Source of the DNA: an uncultured Pseudobdellovibrionaceae bacterium
GTDB lineage: Bacteria > Bdellovibrionota > Bdellovibrionia > Bdellovibrionales > UBA1609
DNA length: 64,000 nucleotides
Direction of reading: 5' to 3'
NCBI GenBank assembly: GCA_963803705.1
Contig: CAWDNU010000004.1
Location: 288,001-352,000 of the forward strand
Shown here: positions 49,282-58,399 of the stretch, piece by piece
Position numbering within the stretch: position 1 is the first letter of the stretch
Layout: every line of letters begins with the position of its first letter
Notes under the pieces: model-generated
Databases searched by the model: none
What the model was told of the DNA's origin: nothing
The model's input: only the letters and a program-made list of their open reading frames with translations
Program-made: the position numbers and the translations under genes

Positions 49282-50250
49282 ATGATAGGTCAAAAAGGTT
49301 TTTCGATAATAGAAATATCCATAGCCATGGCGATTATGGGATTGATGTCAGTGGGTCTTGCAGGGATGATCAAGAGCCAAGCTGACCAAGTGTTTTATGT
49401 TGAAGATAAATTAGTTCACCAAGACATGAAGATGGCTATGGATAGACTGCTTCGAGATGATACCATTTGTACCAATATGCTAAGTACAGTCAAAGTTCCG
49501 GGGCCCTTAGGTAGTATCTCCACTAATCCAGCAGGTACAATTGTGATAAAAGACTCAACCAATGCACTAATCTACGACCCGTCTGATGATACTAAAAATA
49601 AATTTGATAAGCTTAAGATCTCTAACATCAGAATTGAAAACGTAGATGTTGTTGATGAAACTTCAGGTAATAGGGTGAACATACTTATCGATGTAAACAG
49701 GATTAGAGGGATCGCCTCTCAAGCACTGCAAAGTATATCTATACCAAAGAATGTGACTATCGATGGCACGAGACTAATAACTAATTGTTCTGGAAATGGT
49801 GCAGGAGAGTATCTTGAATTGGTCACAACCAAAAACTTTAAGGGGAGTGGCATAAGTGGAGCGATTTCCAGTTATACGATGCCGTCAGATATAAAGGCTT
49901 TTTCATTAACGACTAAGGGATCAGCTTGCAACTGGGAAACCGGGTCATCCCCAAATAATGATCAGCATTCAACATTTCAAAGCGGTATCAATATCCGAGC
50001 TCTTTTAAACGGTAAACACAAAAATAATGGCACAGCGATCTTGGCGGGCAAAACCCTAAGATATGTAAGCGGAAAGTATTACTATGATGGTATTCTAGTC
50101 GCATCAATGGCTCCCTGTATGAGCTATCCTTCCCAGCATAACATCAGTTGGACAAATCATCCCTTTTCTGGAGGCGGACCTCAACAAACAAATTTTGATT
50201 ATCCCCAACCAGCGCCGCCAGTCTTAGGCAATCTTAGAACTTATAAGTAA
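49282..50250 (+). CDS. prepilin-type N-terminal cleavage/methylation domain protein (large minor pilin)
   Basis: AGGAG RBS; QKG|FSIIEISIAMAIMGLMSVGL with E5. Confidence 0.85.
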   Translation: MIGQKGFSIIEISIAMAIMGLMSVGLAGMIKSQADQVFYVEDKLVHQDMKMAMDRLLRDDTICTNMLSTVKVPGPLGSISTNPAGTIVIKDSTNALIYDPSDDTKNKFDKLKISNIRIENVDVVDETSGNRVNILIDVNRIRGIASQALQSISIPKNVTIDGTRLITNCSGNGAGEYLELVTTKNFKGSGISGAISSYTMPSDIKAFSLTTKGSACNWETGSSPNNDQHSTFQSGINIRALLNGKHKNNGTAILAGKTLRYVSGKYYYDGILVASMAPCMSYPSQHNISWTNHPFSGGGPQQTNFDYPQPAPPVLGNLRTYK

Positions 50251-50353
50251 AACAGACTAAAAGCTTGAAAGCAGCTGCTACCAACTTTATCAATTGATCT
50301 GGATAAAGCCTGTCAACAAAATGCTAGCAACAGTAATTTTAGTATCTTTAACC

Positions 50354-52951
50354 TTACTGTTGTCTGAAAGTTCCTTCATTAACTCTTAGCACGTGTTGAT
50401 GACTTAAAAAGTTCACCCGAGCATCAATAACCTGTCTAGCAAGTCTTTTTGCTTGGTGGTTTCCTTGGACTGGACCACTGATGGGAATATCTACGATATA
50501 CTTCGCGCCATCACTATCCACTTGATAGCTTACAATCGTTCTATCACCGGACCTTCTAATAACAGCCGGTGTGCGGGGATTTGCTTGAATTAAATAAAGC
50601 ATAAGACCTTGGTTTTGTAAAAAGACTTGGGAGTCATCATTTTTACCACCCCTTCTGTAGGAACCAGATGGATTAACACGGGGCGACTGGGTCAGCCTAG
50701 CTTCATATTCGTCAGAACTAAACCGAGATGAGTAAACTTTGCTTAAACCTGATGAACCAAATCCATTGTTGTCACTTCCTGGTGCTGACGTAAACTGAAT
50801 GTTACGTCCTGCATAAGCCAGTGAAGTCGGCGTGGGAGGCAATCTAGTGTTTGCAGGGTTGACCAACGGATGTGTCACAACTCCGTTCTTATCAGTTGTA
50901 TGCCTGATTTCATGCCTAAGGACACTGCCCAAATCTGTCTCCCGGCCTGGTAACATGAGCGAACTATTGATACTTATGTCAGTGGAACCGTAAGCAAGAC
51001 CAGCAGAACTCCTAGTATCTAAACTTGGATCTGTAATCCTGACTGTGATGCCGCGCCTTTGAAGTCCTTCAACCATTCGACCCAATCTTGAAGTAGAGCT
51101 ATCGGACTGAATAACCCCTCCAGCCGCCACTGTTATTCCATGGTTATCCCGAAGGTTTGATCGCACCTGTCGCTCTATCGTTATGGCTCGAGGTAACTTT
51201 TGACTTATAAAACTTTTCATTAAATCAGGATTTTGTAAAATTGATTTGTCTACCTTCACAGTACCGGCTTCGTAATCTAGATGAAATCCTTGACCACCTA
51301 AAGCATTGCCCTCTTTCATTTCCAAGCTTATACCTGTTCGCGCTTGAAGGCTTTCAATCTGCGCCCCTAGCTCCGTACCTGCAATGGGTCGAATGAGTTT
51401 ACCATCTACTATTGAAAAGCCATTTTGAGATCCAGAGATTGAATCTAAATCCAAATTTCGAACTCTAAGTTTTTGAAGTTGCCCATCAGGCAAAGTAAGA
51501 ACTAATCCCATCTCATTAGAGCTTGAATCTTTAAAGAGTTCTTTAAACGTCCCAGAGTACGTATTTCCGCTTTTCGATTTTACAGAGATTAGCTGACCAT
51601 CATACATCTGTTCAATAGTATCCAAAGAAGTACCTGCTACAGACACAGCTGTTGATGGCTTAAGATCTGAGATTAAGCTTGAATCTGCACTTGCTGAAAT
51701 TCGCGCAGATAAATTACTACCACTTGGTTCAGGGTTAACTATTGCCAAAATTTCAGACTCGGTCATATTGCCTCTTACGAAGCGACTAACATAATCTTGT
51801 TGAAGCGCGGTTGATATACTAGACTTTCCAAGTGCAGTCAGAGCAACCATACCTGTCGAAATTTTTTGCTCTAAGTTTGTTAGCATCAGCGCTACTCTTG
51901 GCGCGGCTAAAGCCGATCCTCCCAAAAAGGACAACACAGCATTTGCACCAAACTCAGCAATCAACTGACCACCCATTTCGCAAATTAAACGACTTTTAAC
52001 TGCAGGCTCTAAATTAGCAAATCCTTGGACTGCGCCTGTCATTCTGTTAGCAAGTCCAGCACCTAACTGATACATCGAGTCCACAGCATCCCCTGCGTCT
52101 GAAAACATTTGGCTTGCATCAAGGCAGCTCTCTAAACAGTATCTAACAACCGCAGATCCTGCTTGATAAACGCCCTTAACTGCCGACTGACCAGTGCCGT
52201 ATAAATAGTTCCCTGTAGCTCTGGCAGCCCCCATAGGATCATTCCAAATTGATTTAGCAGCTGTAGCCGCAGTGTTTGCCGCTGAGCCACCCATAGCAAC
52301 TAGGCTTGAACCTGTTTGACGGGCAAGGCACCTAGCTAGTCCCTCACCTGAGGCTTCGTCCCCCTTAAGATCTGCTTGGGGACCTTCAGTCAAATTGCCT
52401 GCCGAGGACGATATGCTTGAAGTGGCAGAATTTACAGCCGTTCTGCTGTCACCCACTTCAGCGTGGGCACAACTGAAAAGAGCATTAAAGAAAGGTGAAA
52501 GAATTTGGTAGCTTACTTTTCTTTTTTTTAAACTAACAAACTGTTTTTCAATCTCGCTTAAAGATCTTTCATGATAGCCCTCGACATACACAGCGACTAT
52601 TCTTTTATGTTTTTTAAAATGGTATACAGAACCTGACTTAAGTTTAACCCACCTACCCAATATTTTTTTTGAATTAGGAATAACATCTTGTTTGATAAGA
52701 ATTTTCTTTTTTAAGTTTTTAGAAACGTATAGCTGATCAATACCTAAAAGGAAATGAGTCCCCATTTTAGGATTAATTTTTGCTCTAAGATTTTCACCAC
52801 TAACTTGAATTCGTAATGGGTACAGAAACTTTCGACCATGCTTTATCATCGGGAAACGTTTGTAGGTCAGTATTTCTTTAGCGTTCAAATTCAACATAAA
52901 GATAAAGTTGAAAATAGTTAAAAAAACCGCTGCCTTAGAAGAAACTACCAT
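50354..52951 (-). CDS. large secreted protein with C-terminal HExxH motif
   Basis: Signal peptide, Ala/Gly-rich helical middle region, VLRHEIRH then downstream DEYEA. Confidence 0.65.
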   Translation of the reverse strand: MVVSSKAAVFLTIFNFIFMLNLNAKEILTYKRFPMIKHGRKFLYPLRIQVSGENLRAKINPKMGTHFLLGIDQLYVSKNLKKKILIKQDVIPNSKKILGRWVKLKSGSVYHFKKHKRIVAVYVEGYHERSLSEIEKQFVSLKKRKVSYQILSPFFNALFSCAHAEVGDSRTAVNSATSSISSSAGNLTEGPQADLKGDEASGEGLARCLARQTGSSLVAMGGSAANTAATAAKSIWNDPMGAARATGNYLYGTGQSAVKGVYQAGSAVVRYCLESCLDASQMFSDAGDAVDSMYQLGAGLANRMTGAVQGFANLEPAVKSRLICEMGGQLIAEFGANAVLSFLGGSALAAPRVALMLTNLEQKISTGMVALTALGKSSISTALQQDYVSRFVRGNMTESEILAIVNPEPSGSNLSARISASADSSLISDLKPSTAVSVAGTSLDTIEQMYDGQLISVKSKSGNTYSGTFKELFKDSSSNEMGLVLTLPDGQLQKLRVRNLDLDSISGSQNGFSIVDGKLIRPIAGTELGAQIESLQARTGISLEMKEGNALGGQGFHLDYEAGTVKVDKSILQNPDLMKSFISQKLPRAITIERQVRSNLRDNHGITVAAGGVIQSDSSTSRLGRMVEGLQRRGITVRITDPSLDTRSSAGLAYGSTDISINSSLMLPGRETDLGSVLRHEIRHTTDKNGVVTHPLVNPANTRLPPTPTSLAYAGRNIQFTSAPGSDNNGFGSSGLSKVYSSRFSSDEYEARLTQSPRVNPSGSYRRGGKNDDSQVFLQNQGLMLYLIQANPRTPAVIRRSGDRTIVSYQVDSDGAKYIVDIPISGPVQGNHQAKRLARQVIDARVNFLSHQHVLRVNEGTFRQQ

Positions 52952-52957
52952 TACTAT

Positions 52958-52984
52958 ATATCGGAAATAACATTTAATACTTTT
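52958..52984 (-). promoter_or_regulatory. sigma28-like promoter
   Basis: Minus strand AAAA-N15-TCCGATAT, 6 nt before ATG 52951. Confidence 0.45.
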
Positions 52985-53078
52985 ATAATTTTAAATAAAA
53001 TACTAAATTGAAATCATTAAAACGTCTCAAAATCATACGCTTAAGTTGATTAAATACGGAAAGAATTTAATCTGTTAC

Positions 53079-53642
53079 CTAGATCTTGGATTTGATGTCC
53101 GCACAAGACATATAGTTATCTTGACGGTGCTTTAAGACTCTACCTTCAAAAATTAGGACAGTCGGGGTCACCCTAAGCTCTAACGGTTCTGCAAACTCAT
53201 CTTTAGCAAATAAAATTAATTTATCATAGCCATCTTTTTTTGCATCTAAAATTAATTCTGCAGGTTTAGACATTAGCCCAACAAAATAAACAGAGTTTAT
53301 TTTGTTTTCAAAACATTTATAGGATGTCATCATTTTGTGACAGGCCTTACAGTCTGTTTGAAAAAAGATCCAAGTAGAGTATTTAGTATTAACAGTGCTG
53401 AAATCAAATAATTTTTCGTTAGAAGCTATCATAAGTCCGGTTAACTGACTTATCGCCCTGGCTGAGGTTTTATCTGTATTTGTTACTGAATTCGAAGTTG
53501 GCGGTTTGTTTTGGGTCGAACTAGTAGCTTGGGCTGCATTAATCGATTTAGCGTTTGCTAAAATGATGCAGCCTGCACTTAAAAAATATATTAAAAAAAA
53601 TGATAAAAAAAATTTGTTAATTTTAAAATTTAAGAAGGCCAT
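53079..53642 (-). CDS. exported thioredoxin-fold CxxC protein
   Basis: N-terminal hydrophobic segment; FFQTDCKAC; VTPT cis-Pro loop. Confidence 0.65.
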   Translation of the reverse strand: MAFLNFKINKFFLSFFLIYFLSAGCIILANAKSINAAQATSSTQNKPPTSNSVTNTDKTSARAISQLTGLMIASNEKLFDFSTVNTKYSTWIFFQTDCKACHKMMTSYKCFENKINSVYFVGLMSKPAELILDAKKDGYDKLILFAKDEFAEPLELRVTPTVLIFEGRVLKHRQDNYMSCADIKSKI

Positions 53643-54040
53643 TTATGGACAAACTTGTTTAGACGTTTTCGGTTAGCACCCATGTCCCAGTGTCCGGTTC
53701 TAGATTCTGACTTCATGTGTAGCTGCTCAGTCTTTGGGTCCCACCAAAAGTAAACGTCGTCCTGGTAACCCATAATTTTCGTGGTCGCTACAAAATGGAT
53801 AAAATTTTCTTTTTCATCTACGACTTCAGCTTTGGTCATTTTTTTTATCTTAATTGAAATTTTATTTTTGATATCTGCCCAAGGCCCAGTAACATTTTTT
53901 AGGGGGGCAATCTGATATTTTTTTCTAATTTCATAGCTTGATACGCAATTAGGCTTATCACCACAAATATTTTTCATTTTCGCTCCGAACACAATTACAG
54001 GATAAATTATAAAAAAACACAGAAAACAATATCTCATCAA
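53630..54040 (-). CDS. DUF1499 family protein
   Basis: C.DKPNCVSS, GYQDDV.F, S.SR.G.WD.G.NRKR. Confidence 0.85.
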   Translation of the reverse strand: MMRYCFLCFFIIYPVIVFGAKMKNICGDKPNCVSSYEIRKKYQIAPLKNVTGPWADIKNKISIKIKKMTKAEVVDEKENFIHFVATTKIMGYQDDVYFWWDPKTEQLHMKSESRTGHWDMGANRKRLNKFVHKWPS

Positions 54041-54077
54041 AACCCTTCAGTGAACAGTCACGCTAGATATTTGCGTA

Positions 54078-54761
54078 TCATTTTTTACTTTGATACTTGA
54101 TTATAACTTTAGGACTTTCCCCATCCTCATTTTTTAAATTTGAAAAACCACGGTATTTTACCCATTTTTTAGAATCCATATTAAAAGTAATATATGTTTT
54201 CGAAGCCAACCACTTTATAAGAAATGAAGAAGGCTCAACAACAAAAGTTACATTATTTCCTTTCGGACTGTTTTTTTGTGATTCTTTTCTTATTCTAAGC
54301 TTTACTAGTCTTAAGGACTTCGGAATTAGGCAGTGAACATTCATAGGTTTTTCTAACAGCTCTTTAAAGTTTTCAAATATGAATTTTGAAATAGAAGCTG
54401 TAGTTACGTAATCTGCTTTTATATTAAATTCTAAGGTTTTCTCTTTGCCATTGAAATAGGTCTTTAAGATGCCAAGCTTACCGTTAACAGTTATAGAGTA
54501 AGTGTCATTGTGTTTTAAATCCTTAAATACAGTGTTAGGAATATAATGAGGTTCGGTAAAAACTTGCTGTCGAAATCCAATTTTTCCCGACTTGTCTTTA
54601 TAATCCGTATTTATTTCTGATATAACAGATTTGCTGTCGTCAGAATATTTAAAATTATGAACTTCTACATAGGACATACCGGACTTACTTTTAGCAACTC
54701 CTGATATCGTGTCGGCCCAAACATAAAAAGGTAACATTAAAATGATTAAAATTTTTAACAT
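54078..54761 (-). CDS. hypothetical secreted beta-rich protein
   Basis: Signal MLKILIILMLPFYVWA; Y.E.H ... Y.G.SNL motifs. Confidence 0.7.
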   Translation of the reverse strand: MLKILIILMLPFYVWADTISGVAKSKSGMSYVEVHNFKYSDDSKSVISEINTDYKDKSGKIGFRQQVFTEPHYIPNTVFKDLKHNDTYSITVNGKLGILKTYFNGKEKTLEFNIKADYVTTASISKFIFENFKELLEKPMNVHCLIPKSLRLVKLRIRKESQKNSPKGNNVTFVVEPSSFLIKWLASKTYITFNMDSKKWVKYRGFSNLKNEDGESPKVIIKYQSKK

Positions 54762-54947
54762 AAGTTATATTAAACTAGAGTCAGCTGACCTTAAAGCTTT
54801 TTTTTGATGTTCTTAGGGCCTGTGAAAGATTCATCTAGGTTTCTGGTGACAAATTAAATATGCACATAATAAAATCCAACAAGTCTGAAAAATTAAACCC
54901 GCGGATGCATTAAATTGACGATATTTAAAGTAGTAAGATCAAAATAC

Positions 54948-55457
54948 ATGGCGCTTGCAGTTTTTTTACTAGCTTGGGTTCTAGTGGTATATTGCCTTAG
55001 CAATAACCAAGTTTATCTAGTGTATCCAATTATTATAGTTGCCTTGGCGTACGAGATTTTGACCGTTCGCCAAAGACTTAAAACGTTTATCCTTTTACTA
55101 ATAGTTGGTCTTTTAGGATGGACACTACAAAGCGTCGAGGCCAGACTAGGAACGCTTATCATTACCAACTCCATAATGTTTGCTCCGCCATGGCTTGGAT
55201 TTTTATGGTCTTTATTTATGTCCTCTACGTTGCGAACCATGCCCTTCGTGTTTAAAAATTTAATTACAAGTTTTTTATTTGGCTGCTATGCTTTACCTGG
55301 AAGTTATTTTTTTATATCTAAGATAGGGTTAGCAGAGATTAAAAGTCCTATTTGGCAAAGTCTGTTACTAGATTCTTTAATATCAGGGTTCATATTTGTG
55401 ATCACTTACTATTTATTAAAATCATATTTTTACAAAAAAGGAAGTTTGTATGTTTGA
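54948..55457 (+). CDS. DUF2878-like membrane protein
   Basis: Multi-TM; PPWL..LW.LF..TL, SY motif; overlaps the SDR start. Confidence 0.6.
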   Translation: MALAVFLLAWVLVVYCLSNNQVYLVYPIIIVALAYEILTVRQRLKTFILLLIVGLLGWTLQSVEARLGTLIITNSIMFAPPWLGFLWSLFMSSTLRTMPFVFKNLITSFLFGCYALPGSYFFISKIGLAEIKSPIWQSLLLDSLISGFIFVITYYLLKSYFYKKGSLYV

Positions 55458-56241
55458 CACAGTAAACAAAACCACTTTGATCACCGGAGGTCTTTCTGGC
55501 ATCGGTTTAGCCATAGCGAAAAAAGCTGCTGCTGATAAAAACAAGATTATTCTTGTGCAAAGAAGTCACTCTGAAACTGTAGAGTCAGAACTAAAAGAAC
55601 TTGGAGCCAAGGATGTTTTACAAATTCAGTCCGATCTAAGTGAGCTAAAAAATATAAAAAAGCTAGTTTCAGATTTAGAATCAAAAAATATCCAGATCGA
55701 TATTTTAATCAATAATGCCGGGCTGTTGACTGGCGGACTGATTGAAAAGCAGGACCCAAACGAAATTTATAAGATGCTAAACGTAAACCTTGGTGCAGTT
55801 ATATCACTAACAAGGTTATTACTACCTTCGATGCTAAAAAGAAAAACTGGACGCATAGTCAACAATGCAAGTGTATCAGGTAAAATGTATATGCCTTGTG
55901 CTAGCACCTATGCTGCTTCCAAAGCAGGGGTTGTTGCCTTTACAGATTCTATCCGCCAAGAACTATATTCTACCGGTGTATCCACGTTACTGTTGATAAC
56001 TCCGGGTGTAAAAACTGACATGTTTGATGATATCCAAAAACAGTACGGCGAAAGCATGGACCTTAGTTTTTTGAAAAGCATCCCGGCCGAAAAATGGGCG
56101 ACTTCTGTCTGGGACGCGGTCAAATCTGGACAAGACACCTTGATGCCAGGTGGCTCTGAAAGAGTTGGCGTTTGGCTTGCTACCCATGCTCCCTCTATCT
56201 TTGAAAAAGGAATCAGTAAGTACTTTAAACCTAAGCGATAA
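55450..56241 (+). CDS. SDR family oxidoreductase
   Basis: TGGLSGIG, NNAG, YAASK. Confidence 0.93.
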   Translation: MFDTVNKTTLITGGLSGIGLAIAKKAAADKNKIILVQRSHSETVESELKELGAKDVLQIQSDLSELKNIKKLVSDLESKNIQIDILINNAGLLTGGLIEKQDPNEIYKMLNVNLGAVISLTRLLLPSMLKRKTGRIVNNASVSGKMYMPCASTYAASKAGVVAFTDSIRQELYSTGVSTLLLITPGVKTDMFDDIQKQYGESMDLSFLKSIPAEKWATSVWDAVKSGQDTLMPGGSERVGVWLATHAPSIFEKGISKYFKPKR

Positions 56242-56268
56242 ACTATTTTTATTTAGTATCAACCTTCA

Positions 56269-57870
56269 TCACCAGAAAATATGAGTTTGCAGGGTAAAAT
56301 AGGTGTAGTCGTTGTTAGCTGTAGTTGGGCTTCTAACTGTTTCATCGCCCAAGGTGTAAAGAAGTTCTAGCTCAAGCCCTGCAAGGGCAAAGAATTTTGC
56401 TCCGATAGAGATCTCTTGAGAAGAGCCCTCAGACAGTTGCCTGGTCACATTCGATATAGCGTATTTTATTTGTGGGTAAAGCTCGCGCCAAACTCTGTAT
56501 TTTAAATCTAAGTCCAGCAGATAGCCTTTGTTACGAACAATATTAGAGCCGCTGCCTAAAGTGTCGATTTCGAAAAGGACAATTTCCCCGTTTCCTATAT
56601 AGCGATTAAAAAAATTGAACCCTCCGGTGGCACCAAACATTTGGGTTGCAAAGTTATTTCCTCCGGCTTCTCGGTCCGTTTTCCAATACGATAACATTCC
56701 TGAGTAACCGTTTGTAACAGCCCTTGCACCGACATTTATAACCACGCCTTCGGATTGATTTCCAATGCCTGGCGAACCTTTAAATAGGTATGACATATTG
56801 AAAAACGGCACGTTGGGTGCTCCACCCACGCTGATTCCTTCATACACAGCATTTTGTGAACCACCTTGTATTCCAGCAGCTTGCCCAAACAAAACTGTTT
56901 CCCTTAAAGCTCGGTGATTTGGATTGTACCCACCAAACATCGGGCGATAAGCGCCTGCCATGGCGTAAGTGTTGTAAGGCAATTCGTTTAGCTTAACGTA
57001 AGCAGATCTGGTGATTCCGCGAGTGAAGACAGCGTCCCACTCGGGATCAAGTGTGGTGTTAAAATTTCTTTGCTCGAAGACAAAGCTAAGGTTATGCATA
57101 AATGGCTTCACAGCTATTCCAAAGTCGAAAGCCATTAAAGCTTGCTCTGATCTTGAGCTGCCATTGTTATCCGTATTCAAAAAAAAGTACCTGGCGTCAA
57201 GACCTGCCTCTACCCTACCTTCTTTGGTCCACCAGTAAGGGTCGTCTTTAGGGATTAGTGATTCAAAAAGCCTATCGTCAGCGATCACACTGTGTCCAGG
57301 ATCTGTTTCAAACTGCTCATCATTAGACTGGGACCTTTTAACCTTGTCCTTTTCCAAATTTTTTTCTGTAGCTCTTGCTCTTGGATCTAGGACTTTACCT
57401 ATTTTGTGTCGGTCCATCTGAAAATTTCTTTCGTCGGCAAAGCCAGACCTGGTGCTGATTAATGGAACTGGTTTTTTAAGACCAAAAATTTTTCGCAGCT
57501 TCCTGTATCTGCTTTTAGACATTTTAGGTCTAATTTCTTTAGGGTATCTGTGGGCGTAAAGCTGCTTGGACCTTGGTGCCGGGGATTTTTCACCGGCTGC
57601 CCACTTATCCCACTGTAAAGATCTAAGCCATTTCTTTTGACCCCACTTACCATAAAAATTTCTTAGCCCCCCACCATTTGGATTTACGTGACAGCCTTCG
57701 CACGAAAGTGAACATTTTCTTTTTTTCGCAGGTCTGTTTACTCGCCCCGGGGCATGGCAGCCGGCGCAGTTTTGAGCAAATCTGTTAGAAAGCCAGGGCT
57801 CAGCATGTACGAAACTCGATACAGAAAAAATAAAAAAAATAGCTGCAAACCCCAAACAGTTTCGAATCAT
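56269..57870 (-). CDS. outer-membrane beta-barrel protein with N-terminal dihaem c-type cytochrome domain
   Basis: Signal ending VHA; CAGCH and CEGCH; amphipathic beta strands; C-terminal YFTLQTHIFW. Confidence 0.7.
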   Translation of the reverse strand: MIRNCLGFAAIFFIFSVSSFVHAEPWLSNRFAQNCAGCHAPGRVNRPAKKRKCSLSCEGCHVNPNGGGLRNFYGKWGQKKWLRSLQWDKWAAGEKSPAPRSKQLYAHRYPKEIRPKMSKSRYRKLRKIFGLKKPVPLISTRSGFADERNFQMDRHKIGKVLDPRARATEKNLEKDKVKRSQSNDEQFETDPGHSVIADDRLFESLIPKDDPYWWTKEGRVEAGLDARYFFLNTDNNGSSRSEQALMAFDFGIAVKPFMHNLSFVFEQRNFNTTLDPEWDAVFTRGITRSAYVKLNELPYNTYAMAGAYRPMFGGYNPNHRALRETVLFGQAAGIQGGSQNAVYEGISVGGAPNVPFFNMSYLFKGSPGIGNQSEGVVINVGARAVTNGYSGMLSYWKTDREAGGNNFATQMFGATGGFNFFNRYIGNGEIVLFEIDTLGSGSNIVRNKGYLLDLDLKYRVWRELYPQIKYAISNVTRQLSEGSSQEISIGAKFFALAGLELELLYTLGDETVRSPTTANNDYTYFTLQTHIFW

Positions 57871-57916
57871 ACTGAAACACCCCTGAAATAAATAAAATTT
57901 TCTTGAAGCCAAATTA

Positions 57917-57943
57917 TAAGACTTTAGCAAAATTTACCGATAC
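57917..57943 (+). promoter_or_regulatory. sigma28-like promoter
   Basis: TAAG-N15-ACCGATAC, 7 nt before ATG 57951. Confidence 0.55.
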
Positions 57944-57950
57944 TATAAGT

Positions 57951-58382
57951 ATGAAATGTTACCTGATTATTTTCATTCAATCAGCTCTGTTTACCATTTT
58001 CATCGCAGCGTGTGAGAACTCCCATGAAATTATTGGACAGTCGTCCAGTGGCGGGGGTGTGGATGAGAACTATGTTTTAAACCCTTCACCTAGCGCAGCT
58101 CTTTTCTCAAGTGCTCAAACTGTATTTAATAATAAATGTCTTGGGTGCCATGGGCCTGGCAAAATTTACAGTCGAATCAACTTAAATACACTAATAGCAG
58201 ATGGATATGTCGTTCAAGGCGCTGCCTCGGCTTCTGTTCTTTATAAATGCGTGAATAGCACTACCTGCATTAGTAGATTGGGCCAAAGCAGTGGCAATAT
58301 GATTGCATTTGGTGGGTTAAATGAAACCGAGGCCGATACCATCAGCGCATATATTGATGATTTATTTTTAGATCCATTATAG
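57951..58382 (+). CDS. monohaem cytochrome c lipoprotein
   Basis: Lipobox IAAC; CLGCH; distal Met in GNM. Confidence 0.75.
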   Translation: MKCYLIIFIQSALFTIFIAACENSHEIIGQSSSGGGVDENYVLNPSPSAALFSSAQTVFNNKCLGCHGPGKIYSRINLNTLIADGYVVQGAASASVLYKCVNSTTCISRLGQSSGNMIAFGGLNETEADTISAYIDDLFLDPL

Positions 58383-58399
58383 AAAATGCGACATTGACC

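Noticed and set aside
2806..57653. Numerous 60-106 aa antisense or nested ORFs in the track (e.g. 2806-3051, 13338-13568, 14854-15174, 20771-21013, 42272-42589, 55908-56138)
   Set aside because: They lie opposite or inside well-supported genes and show no independent coding signals.
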